From Catajapyx aquilonaris (taxonomy: Eukaryota): a stretch of DNA of 64,000 bases. The translations under genes were made by a program, and so were the position numbers. The stretch is from positions 1-64,000 of the forward strand of contig KZ537958.1 of NCBI GenBank assembly GCA_000934665.2, given 5' to 3'. This document shows positions 1 to 14,400 of this stretch, piece after piece (positions within the stretch are counted from its first letter, which is position 1; every line of letters begins with the position of its first letter). Under the pieces are notes generated by a model. It saw only the letters and a program-made list of their open reading frames with translations. It ran no database searches and was not told where the DNA came from.

Positions 1-620
1 AGGTAAACAACAACTGGAATACATGGTAACAAGTATCTAAGTACACAAACAAGTGGCCAATAGAATAACAGCCAACATTACATTTCCTTACATTACACAT
101 ATCTTGCGACAATAGCAGTGATTGATAGTGTCGACACATTACGGATAGGAAATTAAGAGTAAGGCAAGAAAAAATGGGCAACCTGTAGGAGGTCGCCGTT
201 AGAGCTAGAGATAGGCGGGAGATGATTTGCTGCAGCTGGTGAAAGACATGCCATTAGGGTGTGCACAATATGATGGATGGGGAAGGAGGCTTCAAATCCC
301 GAAGAGATTTGGGGGTTGGGTGGGCCATGTTCGATCAGGAAAGTCTAGGAGGCTGGAAGGACCGCACAGCTTTCCGCCTAGATTATCCCCCCGTATTTTT
401 CTCTCCAAACAAGCTTTTCTCTTACTCTTGAGACTTGCAAACTTTTTGCTTAATTATGCTTAGCCCTGCTTTTGTACCCACATACTCTGAGTACTTAGCA
501 ACTTTGCACTCCCTGCTCTACTTGCATACATCACAGCTTGTTGTGGAGGAGTGTCCGCCCTGGTACAGTCGATGTTATCGAGGATCTGCACTGCATTTGA
601 TCCGATTTATTTTGATTAGC
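1..620 (-). mobile_element. Possible degenerate 3' end of a CR1-like non-LTR retrotransposon
   Basis: Minus-strand fragments ILDNIDC / LLHNKL / PKSLRDLK / PIHHIVHTL loosely recall the C-terminus of CR1-type ORF2. A TG-rich, UTR-like tail runs off the window start. No RT core motif seen. Confidence 0.2.
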
Positions 621-3600
621 GGATTGAAGGCCGAGCGGTGAACTAGGGATTAGACCGGACAATAAAAAGCTGGGGATGACGTGCTCAGTCCCCCCTGCTC
701 ATCCGGGAAGAATTGAAATTTGCATGCTCACCCACCCATTGCACAGGAAAAAAAAAAAAATCACTGAACACCTCTGAGGCACGGAAATTTTTTTGGGAGG
801 CAATACCCAACCATGCTGGGTCATAAATTTCTATTAGTTCATTTCCCTCTGGATGGACACGACACGTTACTTTATGTGCTAATTCTCAACAGGTTTTTGC
901 ACGTAATTGCGCAGTTTTATTGTGTGGTTTTTCATGAGAATCTTTTATGGGGAGTACGGAAGGTATATACTCTATGTCAAGTAATTAGGGCAGCGTTGGT
1001 TCAAACTTGATACATACTCCTGTTGGAACGCATTGTGTGGCTAGAACGCTGATAAAACTAGGAAATGCCAGGAGGCATGTAATATATATCCCAGACGCAT
1101 CTACGATTTCATCAGTGGCCCCGGGGCCAACACCGTGCATGTTTCACTCCTGGCTCCGTTATAGGTCAGTCGACTACTGTTTTTTTTTTCCACGCAATCA
1201 TCCAACGCTAATTAAATTTTTTAGGGCCTCTAACTAATGGACAAAATTTAACAGCCGGAACGACGGAAAGGACCTGACATCTTATTTTTCAAACACCATT
1301 TAGCGGACATAACGTGGCGGAAATGACGTCATTAATGTTATCCAACCTTCAATATGGCCACGAGACGGGCCACTCCAGGCAAAATATGCCCCCCTTATTG
1401 CGAATTTTGGCCGGGAGTAATGAGCAGCATTATTTCAGTGTACACACCGTGCATTAGGGTAATAAAAACAACACTTGGCCGAACCAGAGGAATGGAGATG
1501 GGGCCAGGAATGAAATACACTGTACGGGGTATCGGCCTAATTCATGTCCAACACCAACATCATTATACTGTATCTACAACCGTGGGAGCAGCGTTCAATT
1601 GCAGGCCAGCCAACATGACGTATACCCCTCTGGGCCTGATATTAAAATCGCTAATGAACATTTTCTATACATTATGGTATCAGTACTGCCCGTTATGAGA
1701 GAGTTGACGACGCACTTTTGTTGACACCCAACCAAGACACTACCTTCCTATACATTTAGTTGAACCAAATGTTTCATCAAGATAACCCAGATATGCCCAA
1801 ATTATTATTTTTTGTTTAATTTTTAAAATATTTTTTTGCACAATTGGAGGACTAACAAAGTGTTCTTTAGTTGATAATTTTGTAATTTTAATATTTTTCG
1901 TAAGCAAGTAACAATCTGAGTAAGCTTACTGAGATATCTGAGAACTTACCAATCAGAGTGACGTTTTATTGTGACACAAGAGCATGCTCCTTGGAAGGGG
2001 CCCAACGGCATTTCTCCCTCCGAATTCAATTATTTTGGAGCTGACACAGAGTTCTGTTGGAAGGGTAGGGGGGATGGGGTTGCAAGGTAAGGGAAGCTGT
2101 GGGGGGGATTTCTGAAGGATGAAGTAAGGCGGCGGCCAAGTGGAGCTCGCGAGGTTGACATATGGCGCTGCCTCCAGCCCATCAACTACAATTTGGCGGT
2201 AACAAGCACTTCCAGGTGACATTTAGCGATCCTCCATCTCGTCTTGTCGAGGCAGTCAACCCAGGGTCTGGACTCAGACCTTTTTGTTGCCCCACTGCAC
2301 ATGGGCGGAAACTGCAGGGGGATAGGGAGGAGGAGGATGGAGGGGTGTACAGTATATGAAAAAAAAAATTCACAACTCATCATTTCTGGGTTGGTGAGAG
2401 TTTTAACGAGGTTTGGGACGACGGGGAATTGTTTTACGCCTTGTTCGGAATTGGAAGGGGAAAAAAATATCCGGGGCGGAGAACGAATATTCATTTAGTT
2501 ACGAAATGAAGATTTAGGTTGGCTTTAGCGTGTGGGAGTGAAGGGAGAGAATCTGGGTTCGACAATCGTACCAGTTTTTTTCTGAAATTTTTAATCAAAT
2601 TATTTTAAAATAGCAAAATCTACAGCAATAAGCCAAAAAACAGGCCGAATTCATTTATATGCATAAAAAGCGACAACTGGTGTCGACGTACCGGTTTTTT
2701 ATATGTTAGTTATGTTATTAAAATTAGCAGCAGTACAACCGCATAAGAAACAGCGGGATGAATGTTTCACGCACAGTAGCACTTACCAAGCTCGAGAGGC
2801 ATGCATTTTCACTCCCAAATAATTGCTATCCTCCAGCCTCTTTGTGGCAAAAATTGTTTGGGCTTTGCGTGCTATTTGAACAAAAGGCTCATGTGTGCTG
2901 ATGTAAATTTTTTAGTACTAGACTACTACGCATAATTAGAACCCGGCCATAAATAATGCCCTGCACAGAAAATTATTAGCAATTGCTTTGTATACACACT
3001 GCAGTTCGAAAAAAAAGTGCAATTAAAAAATAATCACAGCGCATCACCTCCAGGCATGATAGGCTGCAAATGACCTGCGCTAGTACACGAGAGTCTATCT
3101 GATTCACCGGCAACACTATATACTAATGGGAACATCACACCACAACTGATTAAAGCAGATCCACTGTTTCGGCCCACACTCGAAAATGACAGTGTACCAT
3201 AACTATTGAAATTTTGATCAGACGGGTAAATATTGTTTGGTTCGGGCCTGTATAATTCAAAATTTAATTACATTATTGCCATGTTGCTGTTTGTATGTTT
3301 TGATTTTCCAACTGTTTAGTTGCATGTTGATTAATGCCCCTCCCACTCTTCCATAACAATGACTGTATCATTAAACCAACCAGTAGGCCTTATTATTCTA
3401 TTTATAATTTATTATGTTTGCGCTTTTTTAAATTATGGGCATCCATAGGCAAAATTAATTAGTTATATGACACGAATTAGTTGTTGATAAAATGCCAAAA
3501 TTTTGAATCTGGCTTAAATTTACATAATTATTCCGATGTGATGATCGATATTTTGTGAACATCTTTATGGAAAAATTTGACACAGCATCTAAAATAGTAA

Positions 3601-6600
3601 TTTTTCATTTCTCCACCACTTGCCTTCAAATTTCCACTGCAAAAATTTGATTACCATTCCGAATTTTGTCTAGGTCTCTCCCACTCTAAATTTAAATGTC
3701 AAGATTTACAAATCAAACCAGATAGCTACCACCTCCTACATTTTGAGCAACTCCCATATCAGAAAAAAATATACCTTCCTCCAGTAAACATTGTGAGTGA
3801 GATAGCGCTAGAAGTAATTTATTTTCCCTTCTCCGATCCAACCGAGCAGAATAAACACGTCGGGGAATATAACCTGGCAGCTCCATTCAGGGTCGGGAAG
3901 TAAATCCGCTCCAGGCACGAATCAGAGACGAGACGTATACAGGCCGTCGGCTTGTTTCGGTTTAGAAATGAAACATAATAGTTGAATTTGGGAGGACCAG
4001 GGCGAGAGAGACGAGCCTGAAGGGTAAGACATCTTTTCCCTTTGGATGATCAAGTTTTCCCCAGATGAGAGCTCTGGACTCCCCAGGTTTTCTCTTTTGA
4101 AAAGCCACCGTGTCCACAATCAGACTCATTAGCTCGTCCAGTCCCTGGCTCTAACGAGGACACTTGCTTGGTCTCTCTGACGCTTTCTAAGAGCCGGATG
4201 AAGGCTGTGGCCTGGCTGTTCAAAACCTCTGGAAAAAAAATTAACTGGAGGTTATATAAAAATTAGAGCGATTTTAGAACTTGTGTGCGGAATTTGGAAA
4301 TTTTAGAACCTATTGATAGCGTGCAATTTCATTTATGGCTGGGCCGTTTGAAAACGTACAGTAAATGGTTGTTACAGTGCTTATGAAGTTTACATGCCCA
4401 TATGGTGTTCAATATTAGTGTGAATCTCTGGATAGAGTTGACCTTACTGGCGTGCGGGAGGCGGGAGGGTAGTAGTCGGTGGGGGGCTGCGGGCTGTGTC
4501 TCAAAGATAGGTCTGTATCCGCAAGGAAGGAAGGTTCGACTTGGTTAGGTGAGGTTGGTACAGCATACCCTTTCCAAAATCCCAAAAATCAATCTTTGTA
4601 TTCTTGCCTTTGCGACACAGCCAAACTGCCCCCAGCCACCACTCACCCTGGCGCCTCCCCCACGCCAGTAAGGGCCACTCTTTCCGAATCTCTTTGTAAA
4701 ACATGCATAGCAATTTGCGTGCAATTTTTGTTCACAAATTATGTACCAGTACAGTTTCATATCGACATTGTCACACCTGAGACGCTGCATAAGAAGCGAA
4801 ATTTCGCATCTATTGTTTGAGGACACAACACCACGATTAGAACCATCCCGCCGAACATGCCTCGGAAAAACAACCAGACAAGAATGTATGGTAAAACGAA
4901 CAAAAAGGATGCCAGTTGCGGGGTGAGTGAGGCGTGAAATGACATTTGTGGAATGGAGCGTGCCGGAGCCGCTTCCATCACATCATACGATGGGCCAAAT
5001 AATAATTTAAACCGGTCAGGCAGACTTGTTCTGGAGTGTGACGCCAGGTGGGGCGCCAGTCTCGTGGTGGTGAGGGACAAACAGAAGCAAACGGAGCGCG
5101 CTACAGTTGACTTTATCCGCGATTGGATTTTTGAGCTGGAAGCGGCGTCACTTAGGACAGACGAGGCCTTCCACAAAAGAGGAGTGCTTTTGTCCTCGAC
5201 GCAGCCACCGCCGATAGTCAACATGGCGAGGAAATTAGAGTTGGGGAAGCGATGAAAGCCACTAGCAGTCCCCAGAGTCTTTTCTCCAGGATTTCGCTCA
5301 TTCCCAGACGCCAATCTGGTTTCCTGTAGCGCCAGCAACCATTGTTCTTTTCGCCTTTGCTTGCCTTCGTCTCCGTTTATTTGTCGTCAAGTTTCACGGA
5401 ATCAAGGCCCCGGAGCGGCTCAATGGAGCGAGCCAGACTTAATTTACTCTTTGCTAATAGGCGAGAGACATACATTATCATCGCATGGCATACAACCAGA
5501 CTCACAAAGGGAGGCGACTTGTCCCGGAGACAACCTACCAATTATTACAAACGAGGCGAGGACCGTGGAGAGGAGACCAGGTGTGCAGTGGTCACAGGGA
5601 TGTCGCAATCACTCTTTGCTCATTCTCATCTGGCTTCATTCATTAAGCCTTATCGCGGCTTGGAGCTTATTGTACAAGCCGAATTGACATAATGTACGAT
5701 GGATGAATCATCAGTGCAGACACAATTTTTAACAATGTAATTTTCAGCAAAAGAATGGCCGCAATTTTTAATAATTAACTCGAATTGAGATATAAACTGC
5801 TTATATAAAAAAAATAATAGACTATTTTCGTGGTTTCACAGGCTGCAACAAGTTACCCAACCGCAATCTTCACACCCGACAAAAAATAATCGTGATTAAG
5901 TGAAACTCCCTGCATATCTGCAAAATTTATGTCCCCAGCTTAAATGCGCAATGTAGCACCTACATTTATGACCCGCTGAGGCATTTAAGTGCCAACTCAT
6001 ATTGCATTTTTTTTGTGAGTCAGCACTTGCAGGCTGATATTATGTTTTATACTCCACCCAAAAAATGGCGGGGCTATATACAGTGCGACGCAATAAATCT
6101 TCATTTGGAGAGCAACCGTAATGTTTTAAACAAGTCTAGTCAGCAGGGGCGAGAAGGGGACCGAGTGAGAAATAAGATGTCAGGTTAATACAAGAACGGT
6201 ATTGCTTCCGTATCCCCCAGGAAGGGACACCGTCTTGAAAAACACCCAATTTAAAGGCCTCAGCCTCATATGTGCCTCAGACCCCCCCTATTTTTTCGAT
6301 TTAGCCTTTTTTTTTCCTTAGGAAGGTTTGCTTCTTGCCGCAACTTGGTGGCTGTTGGCAGCATGGAACAGGTTATTGCCATTTGGGGAACGACGCCAGA
6401 CGGTGGGAATTTTTCATCGGCTGGCCTCCCGGATTTCTTTATAGGCCTGCACTTTATTGGTTGGTATATAAGACAGCAGTGTGGCCTCAAGGAAAGGGAC
6501 GGGAGGTCTATAAACAAAAAGGGGAACGGGGCTTGAATCCACGAGTTCTTATTGTTTGTAAAGCACTGGGTGTCTCACTGACCAAAATTTGTACTTGGAC

Positions 6601-9600
6601 ACCCTGTGTATAGCTGTGATGCGGGATGGGAAGAGCCAATTTTCGAGTGCGGCAAGCCGATGATTAATAAACGCGGCGACAATTAACGAGGGAGGGCCCC
6701 GGGTGTGCTCAGCGCATCTGGAGTTGTCGCCGTTGTGTGTCAAAATGACGCGTTTGCATGGCTGCAATTGATGTCCAGCCAGCGCTCATCACTGTCTCCT
6801 TTGCTTGAGTGCTGCTGGAGGATGGGAGGGACATATTGTGGTAATCATGGAGATGGACCCAGCCTCCGCTTTTTAGCACCATCATTGCAATGGGATGGTA
6901 CTACATTTCTGACAACATTAGTAACTGGAGAGTATGCAGTTTATTATTCAGGGGGTGGCTCGATGCATATTCAACCCATACTGCTGGTTAATTGTAATTT
7001 ATCACACAATTTGTTTCGATACACAGTTAGCTGCGGGTTATTACCTGACAGAGACAGACGGGGCTTGAGCCTGGTCCAAATCCAGTGTCCGGGGGACAGC
7101 ATGTGTGCTTTTGTGTGAGAGGCAAAAAGATCCGCACTAGGAAACACTATCAGTGGGGGGAATCCAATTCCGTCGGATTTGGAGCTGGACACTGGCCAAG
7201 TCTTTCCGTCCTTTATGAGTAGGGTGTAGTAAATGCGCATGGAAGTGGTTCAGAGAAGAGCAATCCAACTCCATGGCCTTCTCTTCAGCTGGAGCCAGTA
7301 TTAGCTTTTTCCACTGGACCCAATGGATAATGAATCGTGGAGGAGACAAACAGTTTCCCCAACTCTTCAGGTCTATCCTGTTACTCGCATTAGATTAGAC
7401 TTAAGAGGACACGACTGCTGTTTTATTTTTGCTCGGAGCTACCTAGGTACACAAACTGCTTCACATGCTCAACCGGTTTTGTGGCCAGGTACATCATTGT
7501 TGAGAACACCACTTTTTAATAGGGAAATGTGATGTTTTGCATGCAGGGAAAGTATGACTTGCGCAACGGTAATTGATTATTGGTTACCCGTGAAAAGTTT
7601 CCACTTTCATCTAAATGTCTAGATTTCACAGGTAACCCAACCCCCAAATGTGGCAATCAAAGCGCGGGGTCACGTTACGTATACAGTGCCAAGTTTTTTA
7701 TTTACTGCCATTCCACAGTGATTGGGGTATTTTTTGATGCGGTTTTATATAACCATACAAAGTACTACTAATCGCGCGCTGTAATTTTGCACTACGATGA
7801 AAATTTTGGGTCATGAAGTCGATATAATCCGTTTAACAGCTGAACATATGCAGGAGTGAGAGAAAATAACAGTAAGCCTAATGACAGCCTCCGGCTAGCT
7901 ATGAGTCGATTAGCCTTATTGCAATATCGCCACTGGTTTCCATTTCCCGAGGAGCTAACAATTTCCGATGCAGAAACCGTGCGAAATTTCGCGAAGTTCT
8001 TGGGTTACAGCGACCACGGCTGTTTCCCAATGTTCTCGTAACTTTTCCTCCACTTCTGCTCTTCTGGACTCCAAGCGTCTGATGTGGCTACTGGAAAGTG
8101 TCTAATAAATCAGCTTAAAATTTTGGTTGAACAGGTTGAACAGGTTAGCATCTGGATAGTGTGAAAACTTATCGGAGTGTTGTGATTTTGACGTAACTGA
8201 TAATAAATCAGTTTGGCAGGGTGTAGATATGGAAAATTGCAATTTGATCAATACAATCTCGTTTATTGTTTCACGTTTCGTTTGAAGATAAATGAGTTTT
8301 GTTAATTCCCCACTTGTGCCGGACAGGACAGTACACATCCGTATCAAGTTTTAAAGGGGATAATTGACATGATTGGCATTGGCGGGCTATTATCAGGTGG
8401 CCCTCATTTGCAGGAATGGGTAGTTGGGCAGACATTTACTGGCTGTAATAAAGGACCAAACTGCGGCTAACGGTAAATAGGAATTCGAAGCTCGGGTACA
8501 GCTAATGGCACCGACACATTACTGTAATTGATGGAAAAAAGATCCAACATGCACATTACGAGCTGCTTTAGGTTCAATTTAAGTGATTTTTCACTCAACC
8601 TCCGGAAAGTGCACTTTTGCTTAATTTTCATTATTTCAGTATAAGTAGCATTCAATTTGTTATAATCTTTATGCCACATTTCAGTAATTTTAATTCTACA
8701 TTTATTTACTAATTTGAGTAACCTGCAAAGGTACAGTACATTTACATCTGGGCATTTTTTCATTCTAGCATGACCCCAAATCACACAAGATAATAGATAT
8801 TATTAGATATTAGAGGGTGTATTTATTAAAATCATAGATAGTGCTTCACATTTTTCAGAAAATGGCTCAAAATAGTTTTTAAAATTTGTTTCTCAAACTT
8901 GGAAATGTTTGAGATGGTTCCTGTACACATTTTGAGAGCACACTAACCCCCATCTGTGCTGATGCATGTAGACTTTAATGAACCTCGTTTTCGGCTAAAG
9001 GACGCAATCTGAGGGTCGCTGGTGAACCCAGTTACGACACTACATAAATACGGCGTTATGACACCAGAAATTGTAGCAGGCGCAGGTTGACTCGCTCATA
9101 AACTAGTTCAGAACCTATAATTTATAACATGCTCTCATTTTATACTGCTGCCCGCGGTTGACAAAACAGGTCTCTCCATGTCTCTGAAAAGCTCGAAACA
9201 ATGTCCTGTCGCTTCTGCTCTTTTGAGATTCCGTCCAGTTTAAACAGGCAGGAGGATGCGGTTGTTCACACCTGGCGCCTGTCCCATCTTTCATGGCAGC
9301 TAAACGTGTGTGTGCATCACGTTAACTGGACTGTCCCGATGCAGCAAAGCAGTGAGAGAGGCGGTTGTGGTTTGACCCCTCCCTCCCACACGACAGTTGG
9401 CTAACTCCAGCTGCCGTTCGCACCCCTTCTGGGCTTCTCCACTCTCTGGTGTAGTCCATTCCGTGCTGAGAATGGAGACGCTTGTGGCGGGACGTACAGG
9501 AGTGTGGTCACAAGTTAACTTCGGGAGTTTAATAGTACCGGGAGGTGTGGGGGGAAAAATTTGGAGATTTTTTTTTGGAGGGAAATGAGTTCTACAACCT

Positions 9601-10499
9601 GTAATTGAAACTGTAGTTAGTTCTTAACCATCAGTAAATTGCACATGTTGCCGTCTGACTGCAGCAGTTAGTGATCCGAAAGTGATGAGGTGACCCCGTC
9701 TAAGGCTGGCTGATTCTTCCTTAATCTTCTTCTGAAGAAAGGTGAGACCATGCCAGACACATTCAGCCAGTGCGTACCCCCCGTTGCGCTCTTTTACCCC
9801 CATCGATCCCTCATTTTTCATCCCATCACGTCATATTAAGCTGTCAATTTGAAGAGTCTGCTGCCTTGGCCACTCTTGCAATGGACAGGATGTGTCGAGG
9901 TTGCATCTGCACATCGTGTTTACTGATGTGACAGGACGGCGCAGATGACCTGGCGGCATTGTTGGTTGGCAAAACAAGGGAGAAATTGTAACTAATTGCG
10001 TTGATCAGGGCGTGCCTTCACCTGATGCAAATGACGTTATTATGAGCAGGAATTACAATCCAAATGTCAGCAAATGCAATTTTCAGGTTTATTTCACGAA
10101 TCAGGCTCAATTATCACTCCAGAATGGACTTTATAATGCGGGGGTGTGCACAACTTTGACTTTGAAATGACGCGGTGCCGTTTAAGTGATTATTGTTGTC
10201 CGGAATATACCACCACATTCCCAGTAATGTTGTTAGAGGTTGTCATAATATTATGGGTGGAATATCAACAGTAAGCATTAAACGCAATCAGGATTAGCCC
10301 TGAAACATACATAATATCTGGCGAAAGTTAAGTTAGATCGAAAATAATTCCCAAACATGTTGAAAACAAAACTTTACATGAATTTGTAATATTTTGAGCA
10401 ACTGTACATCTAAACTTTAAAACTAATTTCCACTTTACGGGGTAATTTTATTGACAGGCGATACTCACAGTTTGTTAGGATGTACGGCTAATGCATTAT

Positions 10500-11433
10500 G
10501 ACATGCTGCATAATTAATATAATTCACGTAGAGTAACAAAGGCTTGTCGCGACACTATCGATTAGTCATTGCAGAATAGCTGTTTGAGAATTAAATAGCG
10601 CTTCATTGCACCGATTGTGCATGGGGACTCTCTATGAGCAACTAATGTGGTGCGGTACATATCACATTCTGCAATATTATGCACGATAGAGTTCAATATA
10701 CTGCACGTGATTATCCAAATTGACACATTTACTGTAAAAATCGCGCAACCTGTAACATTTATAACGTCGTACATTTCATCCACATCGTCTGAACTTGATC
10801 AGTCGGAGCCGAGGCAGAGCTGTAACATGGGCTGAGAGTGCTTGTCCTATATAGAGTTCTCTTGTGAAGTTTATTTGGCAAACTTTTATTAGACCACCTC
10901 TGGCTGAGCACTTGAATCCAATCGAATCTTGCTTTCTTCATCCAAACTATTTAGAGCTCATCTTCTTTCCTTTCTGCGCAACGAAGAGTCTGATGGCTTT
11001 TTTGTCACCTCATAATGGTGCAAGTGACTGTACAAATTGCATAGAAATCCGGCACATAATCAGAATTGGAAATACAGTGAGCCACCCAGATTTTCTGTGC
11101 TACGTTGCAATAAATAATTTGTGCTGCACAGTTCAAGTCCCCAGGTAAAGAAACTGCACGTTGTAAATATCATTTTCATAGAGCTATATTGATTTCATGT
11201 TTCAGCCAGACAGTCGGTTCCTTTTGTGTCAGGTTGAGCATCAGGTAACCGTAGACATCAAAGGTACGGCAGTAAAAATGGGCGGAATAAGGCATAGAAA
11301 ATGGGTATCGTCTAACACTAGGAAGGTTTCGGGCCAGTTTTTGAAAGGCATGAAGGTCTTGGGTGCTACTGTCCCCCACAGTATGCTGGTGGCGACTAGG
11401 CGTCATATGGCCAGAGCCGCCAGACACCGCCAC
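10500..11433 (-). mobile_element. Possible decayed THAP-domain DNA transposase (Kolobok/Mutator-like)
   Basis: The minus-strand ORF 11176-11433 contains LHAFQK...YSAHFYCRTFDVYGYLMLNL...WLKH, resembling THAP HxFPK...CSxHFxxxxF...LMxxL...LK. An acidic linker (SSSDDVDE) and a Cys-containing segment (SILNSIVHNIAECDMYRTTL...IG) follow downstream. Confidence 0.3.
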
Positions 11434-14400
11434 TATTTTGAATTAAGGGATCGATAAGGCACGTCAAAAGATCAGGGTTGCCCGAGATTATAGGATCACA
11501 CTGCAGGGGAAAAAAGGCTTACCGAGAAGAAAAAAAGAGAGCCGGAGATGGGGGAGCCAATACTAATTTGTGACTTCTCGATCCCTTTTGAAGCACCCTT
11601 TTTTCCTGAAAAAAAAAAGTGAGGAAGCTATACACAATTGGGAACTTTTTGTGTAAAATATTGTGGTACATCCTGTACATTTGGAATTTGAAATTCATTT
11701 TTATGCGCGTAGCATTTTGATTTGCATGCTGCATTCCTGAAGAATGGCGTACCTCAAAAACATTATTCGGATCATTTTTGCACTACCGCTGGAATTTATA
11801 ATTAATTTGAATATTTGCAACTCTTTTAATATTCCGCACATGTTGGCACCTGGCACATATGTTCACATTAAAAAAAATAACTTGTTGCCAACTCTACTAT
11901 AGAGATGACCTTTCTACCTCCTCCCTGGGCTTATTGTCCACAGCATCCGTAAATGATGATAGACTCTCATAGTACACTGTAGTAGTGTCTGGAAGGAGAC
12001 GGAGAAGCGACCCGTGACCCTCCAGCACAACTCATGTTCCAACCCGGAAGGACGTCCCACGTGTGCTCATTAACCCAAGCTTAATTTGGCTGCTGAGGAC
12101 TCTGGTGCATTGTCTGACAAGCCTCATAATTGCTCTTGACTAATGAATGTGCATCAGGACACAACCTTTTGCACGCTGTTTATGAGCTAGGGCTCTCCAA
12201 CAGCTACTAATTTACGTACGACTAAGGTTCACTCTTTACATGTACTACTAGTATGTACCTCTTTTAAAACCGGTCTTTTTTTGAGGTTGTAGATATGGAG
12301 GGCGGCCATTTTCATTAATTAGGAAAGAGCATAACTCATCCGGGCATGGTTTAGCATCAAAGGCTGTCCCACCATTGCTAAAACCGGCAAATGGGCCTCT
12401 CCCTTGAAGTTTTGTTGGCAGTTATTAGCTCTCCGTATTAAAATCGAAACTGATGTCGTACCGGTCATGAATATTAATTAGTTTTTCGGGTTTGGAGATT
12501 TTCCGCGGTGGAAATTACATTTCACGGTTCGCGGGCCACCATTTTCAGAAAAACACATCGCGGTCGCTTTTATAGAGTGCGTACTATATACAGTGTTTAT
12601 TAAAATAATAAAAAAAAGCGATTGTTCATACACTGTAATATTTTTCTTGAGAGTTGAAAGTCATCGGCGTCGTACAAGACGTTGAGTGTTCCTTTCTCTT
12701 TTTTTTCTAGAGATGTAAGAAGGCCCTTAATGTCAGAGGGTTATTGTACTCCAGATAGTCCAACCTAGTCGGAGGATCAACATTTTCAAAATGTAATGGG
12801 TGCAGTAGGAGCTTTTCTTATGCAAATAGCACTGCGCAAAAGGCTCGCTAGGAAAATAACTGGCGGAAAAAAAGAAAGAGACCCGGAAAAAACCGGGAAG
12901 GAAGAAGAAAAAAAAGATGCGATGAATTTCTTCTTTATCTGCAACTTTATTATTGTCTAGGAATCAGTTTTGAAAGTTTGAGGCTACAAAGTATAGGTTT
13001 GGTTGGAGTGTTACGGTATGCATTGGAGGGTTTCCTGCATCTTGAGGGCGATACAGGAGAGTGATGGGTTTTGAGGGTTGTAGGGCAGTGCTGGCCTTTC
13101 CTCGATAAGGTGCTATCGGCTTATGGGAGCCCTTGACGGATGCTCCGTGACCGGATTCCCTCTACAACTTATTCGAGCAAAATCACCTCGGCTCGATCAT
13201 ATTTTGGGGGCCGAGTTTGGCCATAGAGACGATAACTCACCTGTTAGAACAGTTTGGTGCTGCAGTAGAAAAAGAGGTATAAAAATTACCTATATTGGCC
13301 TAGTGCCATTCCGTCACATAGATGGCGCACTATTGCCACTCTCAGGGTAGTCGTCAGCAGTGGTACTACATGTACGTTGCTGAGCTGGGACAAACAGAGG
13401 CACACACACCAATTCTAATATGACGAACGCATGACATGCATACAACAGCATATATGTGGCTATTCAACGAACCACAAGCCCCCAACAATTACCATCGATA
13501 AAATTTAGAGCCCGGACAGGACTGCAATATTAAAATTAATTCGGCAAATGGGCAGATGGTAAACAAGGCTTAAATGCAGTTTCACTTAGGCTAGTTGCAT
13601 GCATGTACCGGGTGGTTAATACGTGCGCAAATAAATTTGCTCGAGGGAGACGTAAAACCCTTAATCGTCTGAAGTTGGGTCGCAGTGGGGAAGAAGCAAT
13701 CGGATTGATGGCCTGTGGGTGGGTGGGTGAATGTAAGAGATTTGTTGCACCCTATTGACTGACATAGGAACGAAAGGATCGGATTGGGACCATTTTCCTG
13801 CTTAGTATTCGGCAAAAAAGGCCCTTTGATTTTTTATTTGGAAATGACATCTCAGATCATATTGTTGTCCGCAGCTTTTCATCAAACAGTTGTCAATAAT
13901 AGGCTGCTGTTGATGGATCGGAGGAAAAAAAATCACCTGCTTCTGATGTACACGCCGCAGGAAAACTGGGGCTGAGTTCCAATATTTGATGGCAATATCG
14001 ATTCGGGGACCTGCAAATTAATAGAGATTTGGGCGTGTCCTGATTGAAATGGGCACTTGTTGAAATTGCACGAGATATTCCATTTTTTTAAACGCACATT
14101 TTGATAACTCTCCCCCTTTGATTGAGAGCACACGGGAGTGATTAAATTTAAATGGCATTCGATTAATTATCCCCTCCGGTGTTAGCATAGTGTATAAAAA
14201 AAAGTTGGTGCCAGTGTCCACTCTCGTGTGTGTAGTACTCTTGGGTGTCCACTCTCTTGCGCAATTACGTTATACAGCTGCCCAGCTGGCGTTACCTTAA
14301 CAGAAGTTTCATTGCGGTGCGCCAACAAAATAACGGCCAGGAAATGTCGCTACAAAAATTACGCGCGTCACTTCCAACTAGGTCAAACCCGGTCGTAACT

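Noticed and set aside
4757..5692. Cluster of overlapping 100-193 aa ORFs on both strands
   Set aside because: No recognisable domain and no clear splice-bounded exon. Consistent with chance ORFs in GC-richer non-coding DNA.
6566..6606. gggtgtc...gacaccc short inverted repeat resembling Tc3-type MITE ends
   Set aside because: Arms are short and imperfect, and no matching TA target duplication flanks both sides.
12930..13250. Minus-strand YN/LKTH...RCRKPSNAYRNTP followed by an aataataaag tail, like a LINE 3' end
   Set aside because: Too short and degenerate to support without a search.
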